Translations under genes and position numbers: made by a program
From: Microbotryum violaceum
Lineage: Eukaryota
NCBI GenBank assembly: GCA_001244265.2
Contig: CDLV01000004.1
Location: 558,001 to 622,000 of the forward strand
Direction: 5' to 3'
Length of the DNA stretch: 64,000 bases
Shown here: positions 24,041 to 37,943 of the stretch, piece after piece
Position numbering within the stretch: the first letter of the stretch is position 1
Layout: each line of letters opens with the position of its first letter
Notes under the pieces: generated by a model
Seen by the model: the letters and a program-made list of their open reading frames with translations, nothing else
The model's database searches: none
Told to the model about the DNA's origin: nothing

Positions 24041-24869
24041 GGATTATTTACGTGGTTTGTTTTGTTGTTCAGCCCCTAATGCCGCTGGTCGACTGCCGGA
24101 ATGACACTCCACCGCCGGCGCACCGCATCACGTGACAAACGCCAGCCCTCGCCTCGCACGTCAAGCAGAGCTCTGCTGTAGAAGCAATATCATGCAAAGC
24201 CACGCGCTTGCGGTTCATTAAATGCAATATGAGTGGAAGCATTGTTTTATGTGAGCGAAAAAAAGAAGGAAAATACTGGGAGCGCTGTAGCTTCGTTGGA
24301 ACGGCGCGGAAAATACAAAAGTCACCACAGCGCTTGTACATGACTTCTGATCGGAACATGGACACCACAGGCAGGTGCGGCAGACACAACAGTATGCTGG
24401 TACATCCACCACAGGCGGCCTTCCGGGCCGCAACCTAGTTAAAAACAGCGATTTTAGGTAAATTCCTTAACTCACACTTTTTTTTGACTAGTTAGGGTAA
24501 AGGCTTCCTTTAGCCTTTCCAGAAATTGACAAACAGTGGTCCTCTCTGAAGTTGCTTCTTTCCTTCCTGCAAGCAACAACTCTCTCATCCACACTCTCAC
24601 TCTCATTCTCACTCTCAATCTCCCCGCCTAAAACCTTTCCTCTTAAATCCTCACCCAGTATCATCTCGGCACCTCACCTCAACTCATCCACCCCCCTATC
24701 CTTGGCCTTAAGGAGCGGCCAAAGATCCGAGGATCATCGTAAGTGTGCGTATGAAAGACAACAAGGGTACATCTAGAACAAAGAGAGATATAAAAACAGG
24801 TCTAAACAAGCCCCACAGACCGTCTCCTCAAACAGCAGGCATCACCTCCCACCTCAACCCACTCCCACC

Positions 24870-26780
24870 TCAACCCACTCCCACCGCTCGACATCGGACT
24901 CGAACCCCTCGGTGGCGTCGCCGCACGAACGACGACGGCCCTGCCCTCAACGGCGCGCTGATCTTGTGGCGACGCATCATCTCCAACTCGAGCGAAAGCA
25001 TCAGCAAGTGACGTTGGTTCGAGACATAGCGAGGCATCATCACCGTCGGAGCGGGCGCAATCGGCACCGACGAGACCGGCACCGCCGACTTTTTCGCCGA
25101 GCCGTCGGCCGAGGTCGAGGTCGAAGCAGGATCTTGGCGCGAGTTGGCGGAGCTCGCCAAAGGTAGGGTCGAAAACGTTTGCAGTTGGAACATCGTCAAC
25201 ACCTCGTCCGCATTCTCTGCCCACGACTCGACGCTCGGAGTCGCACCCGCGATCGCGAGCGAGGAATCAACAGCGCCGAACGATGCACGGCGAAGCCTTT
25301 TCCAGGGTGCACGCTCACCGGCGTCTAGACCTTCAAGATCAAGCGAGAGAAGAGGTGGGCGCAGACCGGGGAGTTGCAGGTTTGGCAGCGAGATCGCGAG
25401 GGAGCGAAGCGACTTGGTCAGCAGCGACACTTTGGGCACTGTCGTCGATGTCGTCGGCGGCGGCAGCGACACGGGAGAAAGCGGCTTGGACGTGGTACCA
25501 CCAGATACAGTAGCGTCCCACGCCCCTGAGGTAGAACGAACGCGTTCAGCAGTCAAAATCGACGACGTCATCGAGGGGGAACTCGTCGAAAGAAAGGCGG
25601 GGAACGAAGGCGAAGTCGCGGGCATGATGGTCGGAGGGGTGGTCGTGGGGGACACCGAGGACGTCGTGAGAGGGGACGCGGGCAGCCAAGCCGATTTAAG
25701 CCCTTGTCTACCAAACGTCAGAATCGGCATCGGCGGTGGTGGAGGCGACAGGAGCGGGTCGTTGACGGCCATCGTCTTGACCGGTTCGCGGAGAAGGCCG
25801 AGCGATACACGGCGCACGGGGCCGCTACCCGCCGAGGTTGGAGTACACAGCACATCATTGTCCTCGTCATCGGTGTTGGAGAGGTAGTAAATGCGACTCG
25901 TTTCGTCCTCGTCGTCGTCTTCGTCCGAGTCATCGAAGAGGGGTGGGCGTGACGGCGACAAGGACGGGAGAGGAGAGGTCGACGACGCCGCCGACAAATC
26001 AGCCGGGGTCACACCGTCGAGGGAGCGGCCCACGCCGAACGGGTCATAGTGGCCGAGTCGCGTGTCGTAGCCACTCCTGATGCGTCGTGTAGTAGGTCCA
26101 GTTGTGGGTCTCGATGGGGTTGTGGTCGATGTCAAGGCCGGCTCGTTGTCATCAGATTCGTCGTCGGCGTCGTCGTCGTCGTCGTCGCCATCGCCGTCAA
26201 CTCGCTCCTCTTTGTCAGGATCAGCGTCGTGTTGATCAGCGGAGCACCGATAAGCGCCTTCGCGGGGAAATCGATTCGCTGCCCCGGACTTGGGCGGCGG
26301 GGCGGCAGCGCTACCGCCATCACGGGTCGGGGATGTGACTTGGCGCAACCAGCAAGTACACGGTGATGACGAGGACAGAGTCGAAGTCGAAGCTTTGGAG
26401 GAGTCGCTGGAAGAGGCCGTCGAGGCGCGGTGCAGGACGTAGGAGCGCTTGCGAGGCTTGGTCATCGTCGGCGGTCGCTGATGGGTGGCGTCCTCGAGGG
26501 CGGGCACGACAATCGCGGACATCATGTTGGCCTTGCCTTTGCCCTTGTCCGTCGCCTTGGCTACACCGTCGTCGTGCATACGGACCGAGGTGGCATATCG
26601 TCGTCGGTCAATACTCGACGACGCCCTGTACCAAGCCATCTGGGGCGGCAGGCAGTCTGTGCGTCGTACGCCGCGTGGGGAGTCAACCAGTGCACGCGGT
26701 GTCAGTCTCCGAAGTACAAGTCCGAGCGAGCGGACTGGGGAAAGGGTCGTAGACTTGGAGGCATGAGCAGGTGCAGGCAC
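24870..26780 (-). CDS. Ser/Thr/Pro-rich hypothetical fungal protein with a short ordered C-terminal motif
   Basis: 636-aa ORF with no TE motifs. C-terminal PRYVSNQRHLLMLSLELEMMRRHKI resembles a fungal 'E.xMxRxxK' tail. Exact start uncertain, and a 1-bp frameshift near 24940 is likely. Confidence 0.6.
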   Translation of the reverse strand: MPAPAHASKSTTLSPVRSLGLVLRRLTPRALVDSPRGVRRTDCLPPQMAWYRASSSIDRRRYATSVRMHDDGVAKATDKGKGKANMMSAIVVPALEDATHQRPPTMTKPRKRSYVLHRASTASSSDSSKASTSTLSSSSPCTCWLRQVTSPTRDGGSAAAPPPKSGAANRFPREGAYRCSADQHDADPDKEERVDGDGDDDDDDADDESDDNEPALTSTTTPSRPTTGPTTRRIRSGYDTRLGHYDPFGVGRSLDGVTPADLSAASSTSPLPSLSPSRPPLFDDSDEDDDEDETSRIYYLSNTDDEDNDVLCTPTSAGSGPVRRVSLGLLREPVKTMAVNDPLLSPPPPPMPILTFGRQGLKSAWLPASPLTTSSVSPTTTPPTIMPATSPSFPAFLSTSSPSMTSSILTAERVRSTSGAWDATVSGGTTSKPLSPVSLPPPTTSTTVPKVSLLTKSLRSLAISLPNLQLPGLRPPLLSLDLEGLDAGERAPWKRLRRASFGAVDSSLAIAGATPSVESWAENADEVLTMFQLQTFSTLPLASSANSRQDPASTSTSADGSAKKSAVPVSSVPIAPAPTVMMPRYVSNQRHLLMLSLELEMMRRHKISAPLRAGPSSFVRRRHRGVRVRCRAVGVG

Positions 26781-27185
26781 TCACCGTGGTAGACCTCTGT
26801 CCGAGAAAACGAGCGACACGGGGTATATGGGTTTATTGAAAAAGTGGGAGGTACGAAGCCAAGTGCCGGAAAAGGGGTCCCCGTCGAGGTCTCGTGAGGC
26901 GGTTGCACTTCGCTTACTGCCGGAAGCTGCCCGCGCTTGTCCGCGCGTGCGGCCGTGCCGCTAAAAACGGGCGGCGCTCGTTGATGAAAGGCTCTACTCA
27001 AAGAGTCTCACTTTTCGACCTTGGCGGAGTTGTGGACGTGCAGCAGACCCCTAACACAGGTGTTTCCTCGATCATCACGACCTGTGGTAGACTCAGGCAA
27101 CTCGCTAGGCCGTAACTACTCGGCTCATCTATTGTCTTAGCACCTTGCGCGACGATTTTCCGCGCGGCGGCTGAATATTCTGATA

Positions 27186-27572
27186 CAGTCAGACCTGAGA
27201 AAATTTATACCTGTCAAAATCCGACTTTTTTGGCTGACAGAACCTGTCCAATCTTATACCTTATAGTTTATGGGTTTACAGGTCAAATTATAAGATAAGA
27301 GAGAGCCCGAAATGAGCGATTGATCAGGAATTGGCCTCTCCTTCGTCGTTTTTGTTGACGAGCCGCCTGCCAGCCTGCTGGAACAGTCCGAAATGCCCCG
27401 AAACAGCCGAGAAGCGAGCACAGTAGAGCAAAGGCCGCGGTTGACACGTTGACAGGCTAGTCGCAACGTGCTTATGACGGTCCTCGCGGACAGGGAAGGT
27501 TTTAGACTATATATAGTGAGGACTATATTTTAGACAGGGGGGATTGCGAGGGATCTCGGATAGGTCTGGCTG
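27186..27572. mobile_element. Putative MITE in the divergent intergenic region
   Basis: Imperfect TIR CAG(T/C)CAGACCT at 27186-27196 and 27562-27572, plus an inner inverted match cctgtcaaaat / attttagacagg. No clear TSD. Confidence 0.35.
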
Positions 27573-27890
27573 GGCCGAAGCAACTGAAGGCCTTTTTCTT
27601 CTTGTAAACTCGACTGTTGTACGTGCTCAGTAAGGATGGGAGAGGGTATGTGATTTATGCGAGAGTTTTTATTCGCGATTGACAAATGTGCATGACATAC
27701 ATGACAGATGAGTCAGCTCATTGAAATCGATGTGATCGATCGAATGCGCGGGCGGAGGCGGGCGGAGGCGGGCGGCTCCTGCGGCCGAAGCCTGGCCACT
27801 CCTTTCCTTTCGGCTTGCTTCCCCTTACTCCCACCTACATCAGCGTGCGCCCCGAATCCACAGGGCATCTCATTTCTCGATTCGCCCAGG

Positions 27891-30193
27891 ATGGCTGCTA
27901 TGAAGGGTAGGTCCCCTCACGAGGTCGTACGATCTGCGCCGCTTCTGCAGATGTTCCCCCACCCCACCTCCGGCCGCTTCGCCGGCTTCGATCGCATCGT
28001 CATCACGTCACCGTGCGGAGAGATCTGTCTGCTCATAACTCCTGTCCGTCTCCTCCCTCACTCAGCCGCGCAGTTCGGCCTCTCCCGTCTTCAAAACGAG
28101 AAACCGCACTCTTCGATATCGGCCTTGATCGACATCCTCACCTTGGACAAGTACGACGAGGATGATTATGAGGGCATCCCCGAGTTGGTCGAGGTCACCA
28201 ATCTGCAGGCGACGGGACCAGCGGAGGCCTCGAGGGCGATTAGAAAGAAACTCAAGGTATGACTCTTGGGTACAAGGATTGATGAAGACCTAGAGGCATG
28301 CTGATCTGTGGGAGAGTCGTACTTGGGTGTGCAGTATAGCAACGTGCACGGACAGTTGAGGGCCTTGACGGTCAGTGCTCAGCATGCCACCGAGACCGCG
28401 TGTTGCAGGGTGGAGGCTGAAGAGCGGTGATGACGTTTATACACACAGATCCTCAAAGCACTGGTTGAGAATTGTGGCGCCAAATTTCAATGTAGGTCTC
28501 ACCTTCTACAATGGCCTCCTCCGCCAGTGTCCCCACCTTCTCTAGACTGATCAAACCCGCTCCATTCCTCAATCCTATCCCTCTCTTCCCCGAATACAGC
28601 CACTTTCGCCAACGAGCGTCTCGTTGAACGCATCAAACTCATGGCCGGGGACCCGCACACCGACGAACGCGTCAAGAAGAAGATCATGGCCACCCTCGCC
28701 AGTTGGTACCGCCAGTTTAAAGGCGACCCGAGGATGCAGCTCGTTGCGGGATTGTATGCGAGTTGCGGTGGTGGGAAGAACGTGCGAAAGAAACTCGTCA
28801 AGTCTTGTCTGTGCAAGGACGATCCATGTTGAAGGAAGAAGCGTTTGTCTCGTACAGGCCACCACACGAACGGGCGCGACCGAGGCGTATGAACGAGAAC
28901 GCAGGCGCTACGAGGAAGAGGCCGCCTCAAGGACGGAGCGGAAAGCCGCCGAACAGAGGGCCAAGTTGGAACGGATGGAGACGGAACGTAAAGCGAGGGA
29001 AGAGGCCAAGAACAAGGCCAAGAAGGGCTATGCGCCCAAAACGAGGAGACCCAAGTTTGATTTTCAAGCTGTGGGTATCGGGGACAGATGCGAATGGTCT
29101 GCCGGAGGTAGGTGGCGTACGTTGCGAGCTGATTTTTCTTGTTGATGGAGCCGACAGGAGAAACCCAAGATCATGAGTGCCGTAGGATCGGGAACCCAAG
29201 CCGCACAAGCGTGAGTGCGAACTAGCACGGCGGGCAATTCCTCACTTCCGGACCCCGCTCACCTTGACTCCCTTTCTTTATGATTACTGCAGCCTCATTA
29301 ACGCCCTCCAACTTGTGAAACGAGAAAAGGAATCCGTCACGACCACCGCCCGTGTCCAGGAATGCCTCGCCAAGGCCAAAGCCGATCGCAAAGTCGTCGT
29401 GCGCTACATCCAACTCGTCGACAGCGACGCCGAAGGCGACTACATCGGCGCCTTGATCGCGACGAACGAACAAGTCCTCGTGGCGTTGGCACTGTACGAT
29501 CGTATGTCCAAACCGATCGATTTGGATTCCGACGATGAGGAGATCACTCAGGCCAAGATGGAGTCGGAACGATCGGGGTTGACCGTTCCTAGCAGTGGTG
29601 GACGGGGTGGTGCGGATGATGACGATACGACCTCGATCCGATCTCGCCTCTCGGCATTTGAGATGCAGGATCGCGAAGTTGACAAGTTGCAGATCCGTCA
29701 GAGGCAACGCGTACAGAGGGCCGTCTCGAATCGCCAGATGGCGACGCTGCATCCTGATCTGCAGGATCTGGCGTTTGGGTCCTCGTCCGCTGCAGGAGCG
29801 CACTTGCCTCCTCCCATTGTGCCGAGGTCACGCGAGGATACTTATCGACATGGGTCGCTTTCGGACTACTCGGATTCGGAGGACGATTATCTCTCTTCAG
29901 ATGGCGAACCGTACCATGGAGCAGGCGCACCACCGACTTCGGCCTCCGCTTCAACCTCGGCAGCGGGCCAACACGCGAACGCGAGCGCCGTCGCTTCAGG
30001 AGGGAGTGCCAAGAGTTATGCGCAGTTCATTCAAGCTAAAGATAGGAAGGCCGGCAAGGGAAAGGGATTGTTGGATGAACCGGAGGAGGATGACCCGTTC
30101 GCCGATCCGACGGAGGATGATGGCGCGAGTTTGATGAGCGTCAACACGCCGGGTCTGCATGAGGGCAAGAGGATGGATTGGAAGCAGATTTGA
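27891..30193 (+). CDS. LSB5: VHS + GAT domain endocytic adaptor, Lsb5-like (multi-exon)
   Basis: Exons KPHSSIS..GIPELVEV.NLQATGPAEASRAIRKKLK / YSNVHGQLRALT / ILKALVENCG / ERLVERIK..TDERVKKK (VHS). LINALQLV..RKVVVRYIQLV..YIGALIATNEQ (GAT). C-terminal DPFADP motif. Short GT-AG introns between exons. Confidence 0.8.
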
Positions 30194-30660
30194 TGGAGAG
30201 GTTCTTCCTTCAGTAATGAAACGCTGGGTTGGTGACTTGCGGGGCAGCAGCAGAGAGCTTGGACAGAGTTTTTTTGTTATATCCACTCGCTTGTAATGGT
30301 ATTCACACCACACGCAATGGCGCAATGGCGTACGCAGTCTGTTCAACAGGCCAAGCGATCATCTGATGGGGAATTGATTTGACACCGTCGATTTGAAAAT
30401 AATTGGAACAGAGACCCACGCAGTGATAAGGGTACAGAAATGGATCGAGCCGTGTCGTCTCGAAATCTAGAGCGAGCATAAGCAATGGAGGGACCCAAGA
30501 TACAAAGACATGGAGAGTTCCTACAGAAGCACGACCGATTATGAAATAGGGAAGGAACAACGCGATAGCATCCTCAGCTCAAGGAGAACCCCTTCAGGAC
30601 AGTGGAAGGAGGGAACGGTCAGCCAGGTAACTCGAATCATGGAAATGGCTGCGGCGAGGC

Positions 30661-33600
30661 TCACATGGTCATCAAATCGCCCAAATGCGACAAAGCCGCC
30701 GTTTCCCGACTACGAGGTGCCAACGTGCTGTAATGCTCGGGAAGGGCGGGAAGAGGAGGCCAATCTTGGCTCGGAGTGGTGGGTGCGACCCGCTCTTCGA
30801 TGTCCAACTCCTCGACCGGGGGAAGGGAAGGGGACAACGGCGCAGTGCCCGCAAAATGGTCGTGGGAAGGCAAGTGTGACTTGCTCGTCGAAGCGACGGA
30901 TTGTGTCTCGTCCTCCGAGCCGGCACCGTTCATCATCGATTCTTCGTCACCAAAGTCGATTTCGTTCATCTGGGACATCAGTTGGTCGATATCGGCGCTG
31001 AGCCGATGGCGAGGTCGCATTCGACTAAAAGGTGCTGCGTTGTTGGGTCGAGTGTAGCCCTGTTCGTCCCTCAAGGCCGAAGGGGTGACTGGAGCAAAGA
31101 TTGGGTGAACTCCGGGGGAAGATGGGATGCGGCCGGGTGTGACGGGATTATAGTCCGAGATAGGCGACCGGATCGCCAAATTGGAATCGAATGGTCCAGT
31201 TTCCAGTGAGAAAGCCGAGCCCATGAAGGTCTCCGAGTTGGGCGTCGGGGATGAGGGAAGTAGCGGCTCGAACGTACGTGCGGGCCTAAGGGACGAGGCG
31301 AGACCGAAGACGGGCAAAGACGGTCGCAGCGAGTCAACATCCGCGACCGATCGGGGTGACAAGGCGGACGATTCGATATCTCCCGCGGGTGATGATGATT
31401 GTTCGTACAAGGAAGGCGGGTGCTGGACGATCCTCGGCGAGTTGGCGTCGTGCGCGGAGGTCGTGCTCCTGAAGAATAATTCGGCTCGAATCTCTTCGAT
31501 GGTTTGTGCGGGGGCCACGACCGCCAGTGGAGCAGCATCTGACGGCTGGAAGGCACGGGTCTCGCCATTTTGAGATGGCGGCACAGTGAAAGCGGCTTCG
31601 GACGGGAGAAGTGGCGAGGCGGGTGGACTCGCGACATCTGATGGTGCGTAGAGGATGTTTGGGTTAGTCAATTAGTTCTGGGGACTAAGAGCGAGCAAGT
31701 CAAAAGCTACTCACTTCCGGTTGTCGTCTTGGGACTCTTGCTGAACAATCCATTCAACTTGCTGAATGTCGACTTGCCGAAGAATGCCGGACTCTTGGTA
31801 GTCTGGTCAACAACATCGGTGTTTTCTTGCCATGCTGCCTTACTGGGCTTACTGTTGCGAGCTGACTTGGCCGAAGACCGGGATGACCGCGAGGGCAAGC
31901 TATCGGTCTCGGCTTTCAAGTTGGCAGCTGTTGGGGCCGATCCATCACCAACCACCGGTACGGGTGGCGGTGGCGGCACGCCGCTTAGAATTTCGGCATC
32001 CGAAGCGACGGGAACCTGAGCATCGGCCATGAACGCGATCGGGTGTACGAAGCGATCGAAGTGCTGCGGCATCGGTGAGGGTGGCAAAGGGATCTGTCGA
32101 GGGCTCGAATCGGCTCGCCTGCTTAAGCTCGTAGATCGCGGCGTTCGTGTCGTTTCAGGTAGATCGGAATAGAAACCACCAGATCGAGTGGAAGACGGCG
32201 CCTCTTCGAGCGAGGGTCTAGACGATGATGCGCTTCCTTCGGTGTCAAACAAGCGCGGTGGAGGCAGAAGCGGAGCTTCTGCCTCCGTCACCGTCCGAGT
32301 GTGTTGACTGAACTCTGTCGCTAAACTGGCTTTGCGAGGGGGGACGATCACACGGGCTGCGGGCTCCTCCACGTCTGACGAGACCGACGGGACCAAAGGC
32401 GAAGCGTTACCGTAACGGAACAGAGGTCGGCTAGATAGCGTGGGAGACGGCAGTGGATGTACAGTGGAGAATTTGGGCGGCTCAAAATCGATGGAGAGGG
32501 AGCTCGGTTCGGCATTTGCCGCAGACACAGGAGTAGTCTCGGGAACCGCATGGAGAGAGGAAACCACGGCCGAACACGCATTGCTAGGCGCTTCTTGTTG
32601 GGGCAAAGGAACGAGAGCGGGAGCGTGAATGGGAGAACCGATCGGAGTGGCATCGTCTCGGGCCGAGAGCAGGGGTGAAGTCGGTACACGACGGCGAGAT
32701 GTGGTCGGGGACAGGTCGGCCAACGCGCGCTCCAGATCATCCAAGTTTTCCATCAGACCAACGGTTGAGTCCCGCTCTGGCTCGTCAATTTCGACATTGG
32801 CGATTGAGGCCATGGAAGATGAGGCCGACAGCGACTTGTCCACAACCGGCGGAATGTTCGTCCAGCCTTGTCGTTGCTTGCGCACAGGGACGGAACTGGG
32901 GAAAGACTCGACTGTGGAAGGGGCGTCTGTCTCGATGGTAGGTGGCTCGTCGTCCGCAAGCCGGGGCCACGGCGAGCCCTGCGGAGAAGGGAATGCGGCG
33001 AGCACATCGGGCGAGTGTCGCTTTCCCGCTGGTGGCGACAGATCCTCGTTGTCAGAGGTGGTTGTCGCTGCAAACACTCTTGTTGATTCTGCAGAGGTGG
33101 CTGCCGAGTCTAGACGGATGGGCGACGCTAGACTCCGGTTGACGGGCCGAAGCGTAGAGTCGACCTAAATTGGCGTGCGCCAAAGGAAGATGCATCAGTT
33201 TGGGATGGGTTCTCGTTGCTACATGGCACGCACTCTCGAAACTAACTTTGAGCAAGTTTTGGACGTCGGCAATGACATCCTGCGCTGGCATAGTCTCATG
33301 GTCCTCTTCAGTCTCAATGCGTTCTTCGAGGACGCCCTCGGGAGCGGTTGAAGCCAGGGAAGCAACGCGCGTATGTTGAAGACCTGAACTGGTAATCTCG
33401 CTCGCCTCCTGGCTCGGCGCTGGCTCAGGATGGGTGCCATCATCGGCAATTTCTCTCCATGTCCGTTCATCAGATCCGAAAATGTCGCTCAAAGGGTCGG
33501 GGCCGACATCGAAGTTGGGTGTCGGAACACGTTCGATGACTCCTTCTGAGCCCGCGTAGTGCGACATTTCAGAGTCCATCGTTTGGCGATGGAACGCGTC

Positions 33601-36600
33601 GGGTGGATCCATTGGAGATGCGAAGGAAGTATCGGCCTCGTCCGGAACGGGATCCGACGAATTTTTATACTCGACAGATTCTCGTTGTAAATCTCGTTGT
33701 TGCAAAGTCGATGCACTCGATGGCTTTCCGGTAATGACATTGTTGTCGTCGTCATCGAGCGGTCTATACGATTGAGTGAGTCCTTGATCGGAAGCCAAAT
33801 CGTCGTCGTCATTTTCATCCCCCAGATTTGCGTATCCGTGCTGCTCTCCGCCCCGCTCACTCGAAGACGAACTTTGCAAAGAGGAAGCATAAGACGATCG
33901 CATTGAGTCACGACTGTCGTCCAGTGGAGCGTGTTCGAGTTCATTTACCTGGCCCTCGCTTGTCGGAGCAGTTGGCTGCAAAGTCGGCTCCTGGCTCGAA
34001 GTGACAAGTTCGCACGCTCTGTCGGTAGCAAGGTCTTCGTCACTGTGACCGGCCATCGCTGCGAGGGAGTACGCTGATGCGGCCGAAGGTGAAAGCAGGG
34101 AGGACCGCGAGCCAAGATGGCCGGGCAAGCTGTCGAAAGCTGCGATGGGTTTCGCGCTGGATGCCTCCGTCGGATGATGTTGAGTAGACGAGGTCCTGGC
34201 GATCTGCGTCGCTGCGGAAGCCGCCCTTATTCCCAAGGCCCCGAGTTCCAGCGGCTTCAGTCCACTGCCGCGAGCTGTGGCTGATACGGGGGCAGAAAGT
34301 GTCTCGGACCCATCTACAGGCAGCTCTGGCTTGAGATCCAGGATTGGCTCCTTGGTGTGCTCAACAGGGAATCGCCACTCAGGTACGGTGGAGGAAGATG
34401 CGGAAGTGAATCTCGAGACAGCGGGCGGATGACCGGGCAAAGAGCCCGCTGCAAAAGCATGCACTGCGGGACTGCTCCGCAACGACTCGTCTCCGCTCCG
34501 CGAGGTATCAGGTGCACAACGGCCGAGCTCGTGGGTCGAGGGTTTTGGATCCGTGGTCGTTGTCATCGCCGGTACTGATGGGGATAGCGAGGCCCCGGCT
34601 ATCCAGTTCTCGTACCATTTACTGCGACCGCCTTGCCTGCGGTCGATGTCGAACTCGACCTTGCCGACCACAACTGCTGGTCCAACCCCGGAGGAGCTCG
34701 TCGAAAAGCTTCTGAGCGAAGCCGCTCGTCCTGATGTTTGGTACATCCGTGAACTGATGGATCGAACAGACTGGCGTGATGGGTGTCGCATATTGGGCTG
34801 GGAAGCGAACGAGCTGAGCTGGGGAGCGATACCGTTTTCACCACGCGACGATGCAGCCGAGGAGAAAGGAGGATTGTTTGACGGGTGGCCGCGACCAATG
34901 CTGTGGCTCGCGCTCGATGGTGACCGAGTAGCGACACTCGACGGACGGGTCGAAGTTCCTGCCGTCGTGGCACTGCCAATCTGGCTCGTACCGACCGACG
35001 CCGATCGATCTCCGGCTCCCGCAGCCGTACTCGAATGCGTCAAGCTCTCGTGATCCCCGGTGTCACTCGAGAAGCTGGCCCTTTCCAGATCGCCGTCAGG
35101 CCCATCGCTGCCACCCACGTTGTCCTCATCCGAAGCCGGCCCGGTATGTCGTTGCATCTGTGGCGGCGACAAGGCATCGGTTCCGGTGAAATTCGACTGG
35201 TGATGGTGGTAGCCTCGATGGCTGAGCGGAATCGGAGGTACAGGAGGGGCGTAGTCGTCGTCGTATTCGTCGTCGGTATCTCCCGGCCCAGTCGAAAGGC
35301 CCGCGCCATCTTCTTCGAACAAGCGACTCCACAGCAAAGACCATGCTTCTTCGCCAATACGAGGTCCGTCGGCCCCTGCGAGACCTGCACTTCGGGGCAG
35401 TGGAGTGGCGGTCACTGAGAATGGGTCTATCGTCGACAAGAGGTAGATGACGATGCCTCCTGTCGAGGGTAGCCCGTACTCGCGCGCGATCGCGGCCAGC
35501 TGGGATGAGAGCGTCGGGTACAGCGGAATGAGTGTCCCTCGCCTGGCAGAGTTACAAGGAATCGAGGAGACAACACAAGATAATGAAAGTAGCAGAAAAA
35601 AGACCAATGGCGGCCGTCTCAGCAAATCCCGTCCGTTTCAGGTCTCGGTTATCGTCTGTCTAGACTCACTTGAAATGCTGCGGAGGGCCGTAGCCAGAGC
35701 AGTGTTGCGATGTCCTCGGGTGCGGTGGGTCGTGGGGGATATGGTCCGGCGGAATGACGATCAGAAGATACGGTGGACCGGTCGAGCTCGAAGTCGATGC
35801 CATGGCGCCGGTCGTTGCATGCTGACCGATCATGCTGGATCGCAGCAGAAGCCTCTTCGCAGGCGGCGAGACCGAAGCACCCGCGGTCGAAGCGCCTGGT
35901 TGAGCGAGCAGGAACAGGGACTAGTCAGCTCGCCATCCGTTGTACATCTTGACTAAATCGGGGTTCCTATTCGTTTCAATGGAGCGAGATTGAAGTTTTG
36001 AGGGGGTCATTGATGTGTTTTGACTTGCCTGTTGTGGATGCAGAGCTCGAGAAGATCGCTCCTCGAGGGTCACTGAAGCCGGATCGCGAGCGAGATCGCG
36101 CAGGTGAGAGCGTGCTCGAGAAGGACGGGGATTCGACGGAACTTGCAGGGTGACTGCGATACAAGATGGTCGCCCTGGGTCGATTGCTCGAGACTACGTT
36201 GCTAGCGCTGCGGGACGAGGACGGATGCGCGCTTCGCGACGGCGGCGCTTGCGAGGATGACGACGGCGACGGCGACGGCGACGGTGAACACAACGAAGAC
36301 GCTGGCGATACAAGCGGTATCCGGTTCGAGCTTGTTGCAGAGTTCGGTGAGAAGAGAGCTAGCGCTGGATCGACGTCGGGGCCGCTGTTTGGGGTAGCAG
36401 AGCTGGCGCTCGCAAGCTGGGCAAGACGCGGCGCGGCTCGCAAGGGGTTGCTGCCGCTGCTGCTTGCGCGGGTCGTGGGCGCTAGTTCGGTGAAATCCCG
36501 TGGCTGCGAATCGGTCGAGGCGCCCGTGTCCCGGTCCGCGCTGACACGGAGACCGACGTCGGCGGCTGCATCTGCTGCAACTGCAACGGCATCTTCGGCG

Positions 36601-37091
36601 TCAAAACCCGGTTTCATGTCTTGATGTACGGGATCGACACGTTTTTGCGTCTTAGCCTGTGTCGCCGCACTCTGCATAAACATGTAGGTCCGGGGCGAAG
36701 TTGCATTCAGATCGATCGAGCGCGGACTCGATTCGGCGGCGGCAGCAGGCGCGGCGCGGGGAAGATCATCTTCCGACATGGACGCGTCTTCCCGCAGCGG
36801 TAAAAGTGGAGCAGCCCACGACGGTACATCACTGTGGCTGGTCGGCGCGGTTGGCGATGCTGGATTCGAACGGGGCAATGATACGGACCGGGAACTTTTG
36901 ATGTCAATCGTGGTCAAGGGTGCCGTCTGTACGAGCTGCAGCGGTGTCGGCCAGTGCGATCGTGGGCTCAGCGTCTTTGCGTTGGCGAGTGCTCCAAACG
37001 CCGAGGTGAAGGTCGCTTTCACCGCCGACTCGGACTCGGCGCCGAACGCGTGCTCACAGGTCGGTACAGGTGAGGCGGTTACGGTCGCCAT
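30661..37091 (-). CDS. Large multi-exon Ser/Pro-rich protein of unknown function
   Basis: Consecutive long minus-strand ORFs are linked by short introns (e.g. gtgagt at ~35669 and ~31714). Ordered motifs PPYLLIVIPP..GYG..FK|RGTLIPLYPTLSSQLAAIAREYGLPSTGG and VVGKVEFDID..WY. Whether ORF 35976..37091 belongs to the same gene is uncertain. Confidence 0.6.
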
Positions 37092-37943
37092 AGGTTGGGG
37101 ATTTTCAAAACAAGCCTTCGGCGAGTGATGTGGTGAGCGGAAGTGGGTGAGGGGCCTCTGTTAACGCCAGAAGGACAAGGTCGGGAGTTGGGAGCTTGTA
37201 GATGTATGCGCAGACGCGCTGGGAACCCCGACCAGATGTCGAATTCTCTCATTCTCATACTCCCGGGCGCGGCGCACTCGAATGGGTGCTTTGTACTTAA
37301 CTTAAGTTACCCTCGTTGTTCACCTATCTCGAGTTTTACCTCATAGTTGCTACCTATGTATGTAGCCAGTCACAACTCTTCTGATCACCTGCATAAGTAG
37401 GTGTCGACAATGCGTGAAGGTAAAGTTCGTGGCACAATCCAGCCAGGCGTGTTGCTGCCGAGCTTTACGTGCCTTCGATGTCAAACCAATGGATTATGGG
37501 ACATTCCTTCATCCCAAACTGTCAATTAAGTGGCGAATAGCGTAGGTTGACTTTTCCGAAGGTTTCTAGGTATTAATATAATATACTGTTATTATTCAAA
37601 GATATCGAAAACATAAACAAAAAAAACAAAAAGGTTGGTAGGCTGGTACCGGCCTCCTGCTTACACATGCGCGCGCGAACTTTATGGATTTCGCAGGACC
37701 CGCGGTATGTCTTCTCTACGGAGGTGTTGGAATTTATGTAAGGCGGTTTTATAGAGCTCCTGTAAGAGCAAAGCTATTTTACGGCTGCCTTAGGCGGTCG
37801 TTCTAGTATCCGTATGGACATTGGGTTATCAAGTCCGTAGGGGCGCCGGTTTGCGGTGACCCTACGCGTGCCGTACACAGCTAGCGTAAAAACGGCCTTT
37901 GCGGCCCCGGTGAGGATTCAACGTTGCATGCTCTAAGGAGCGG

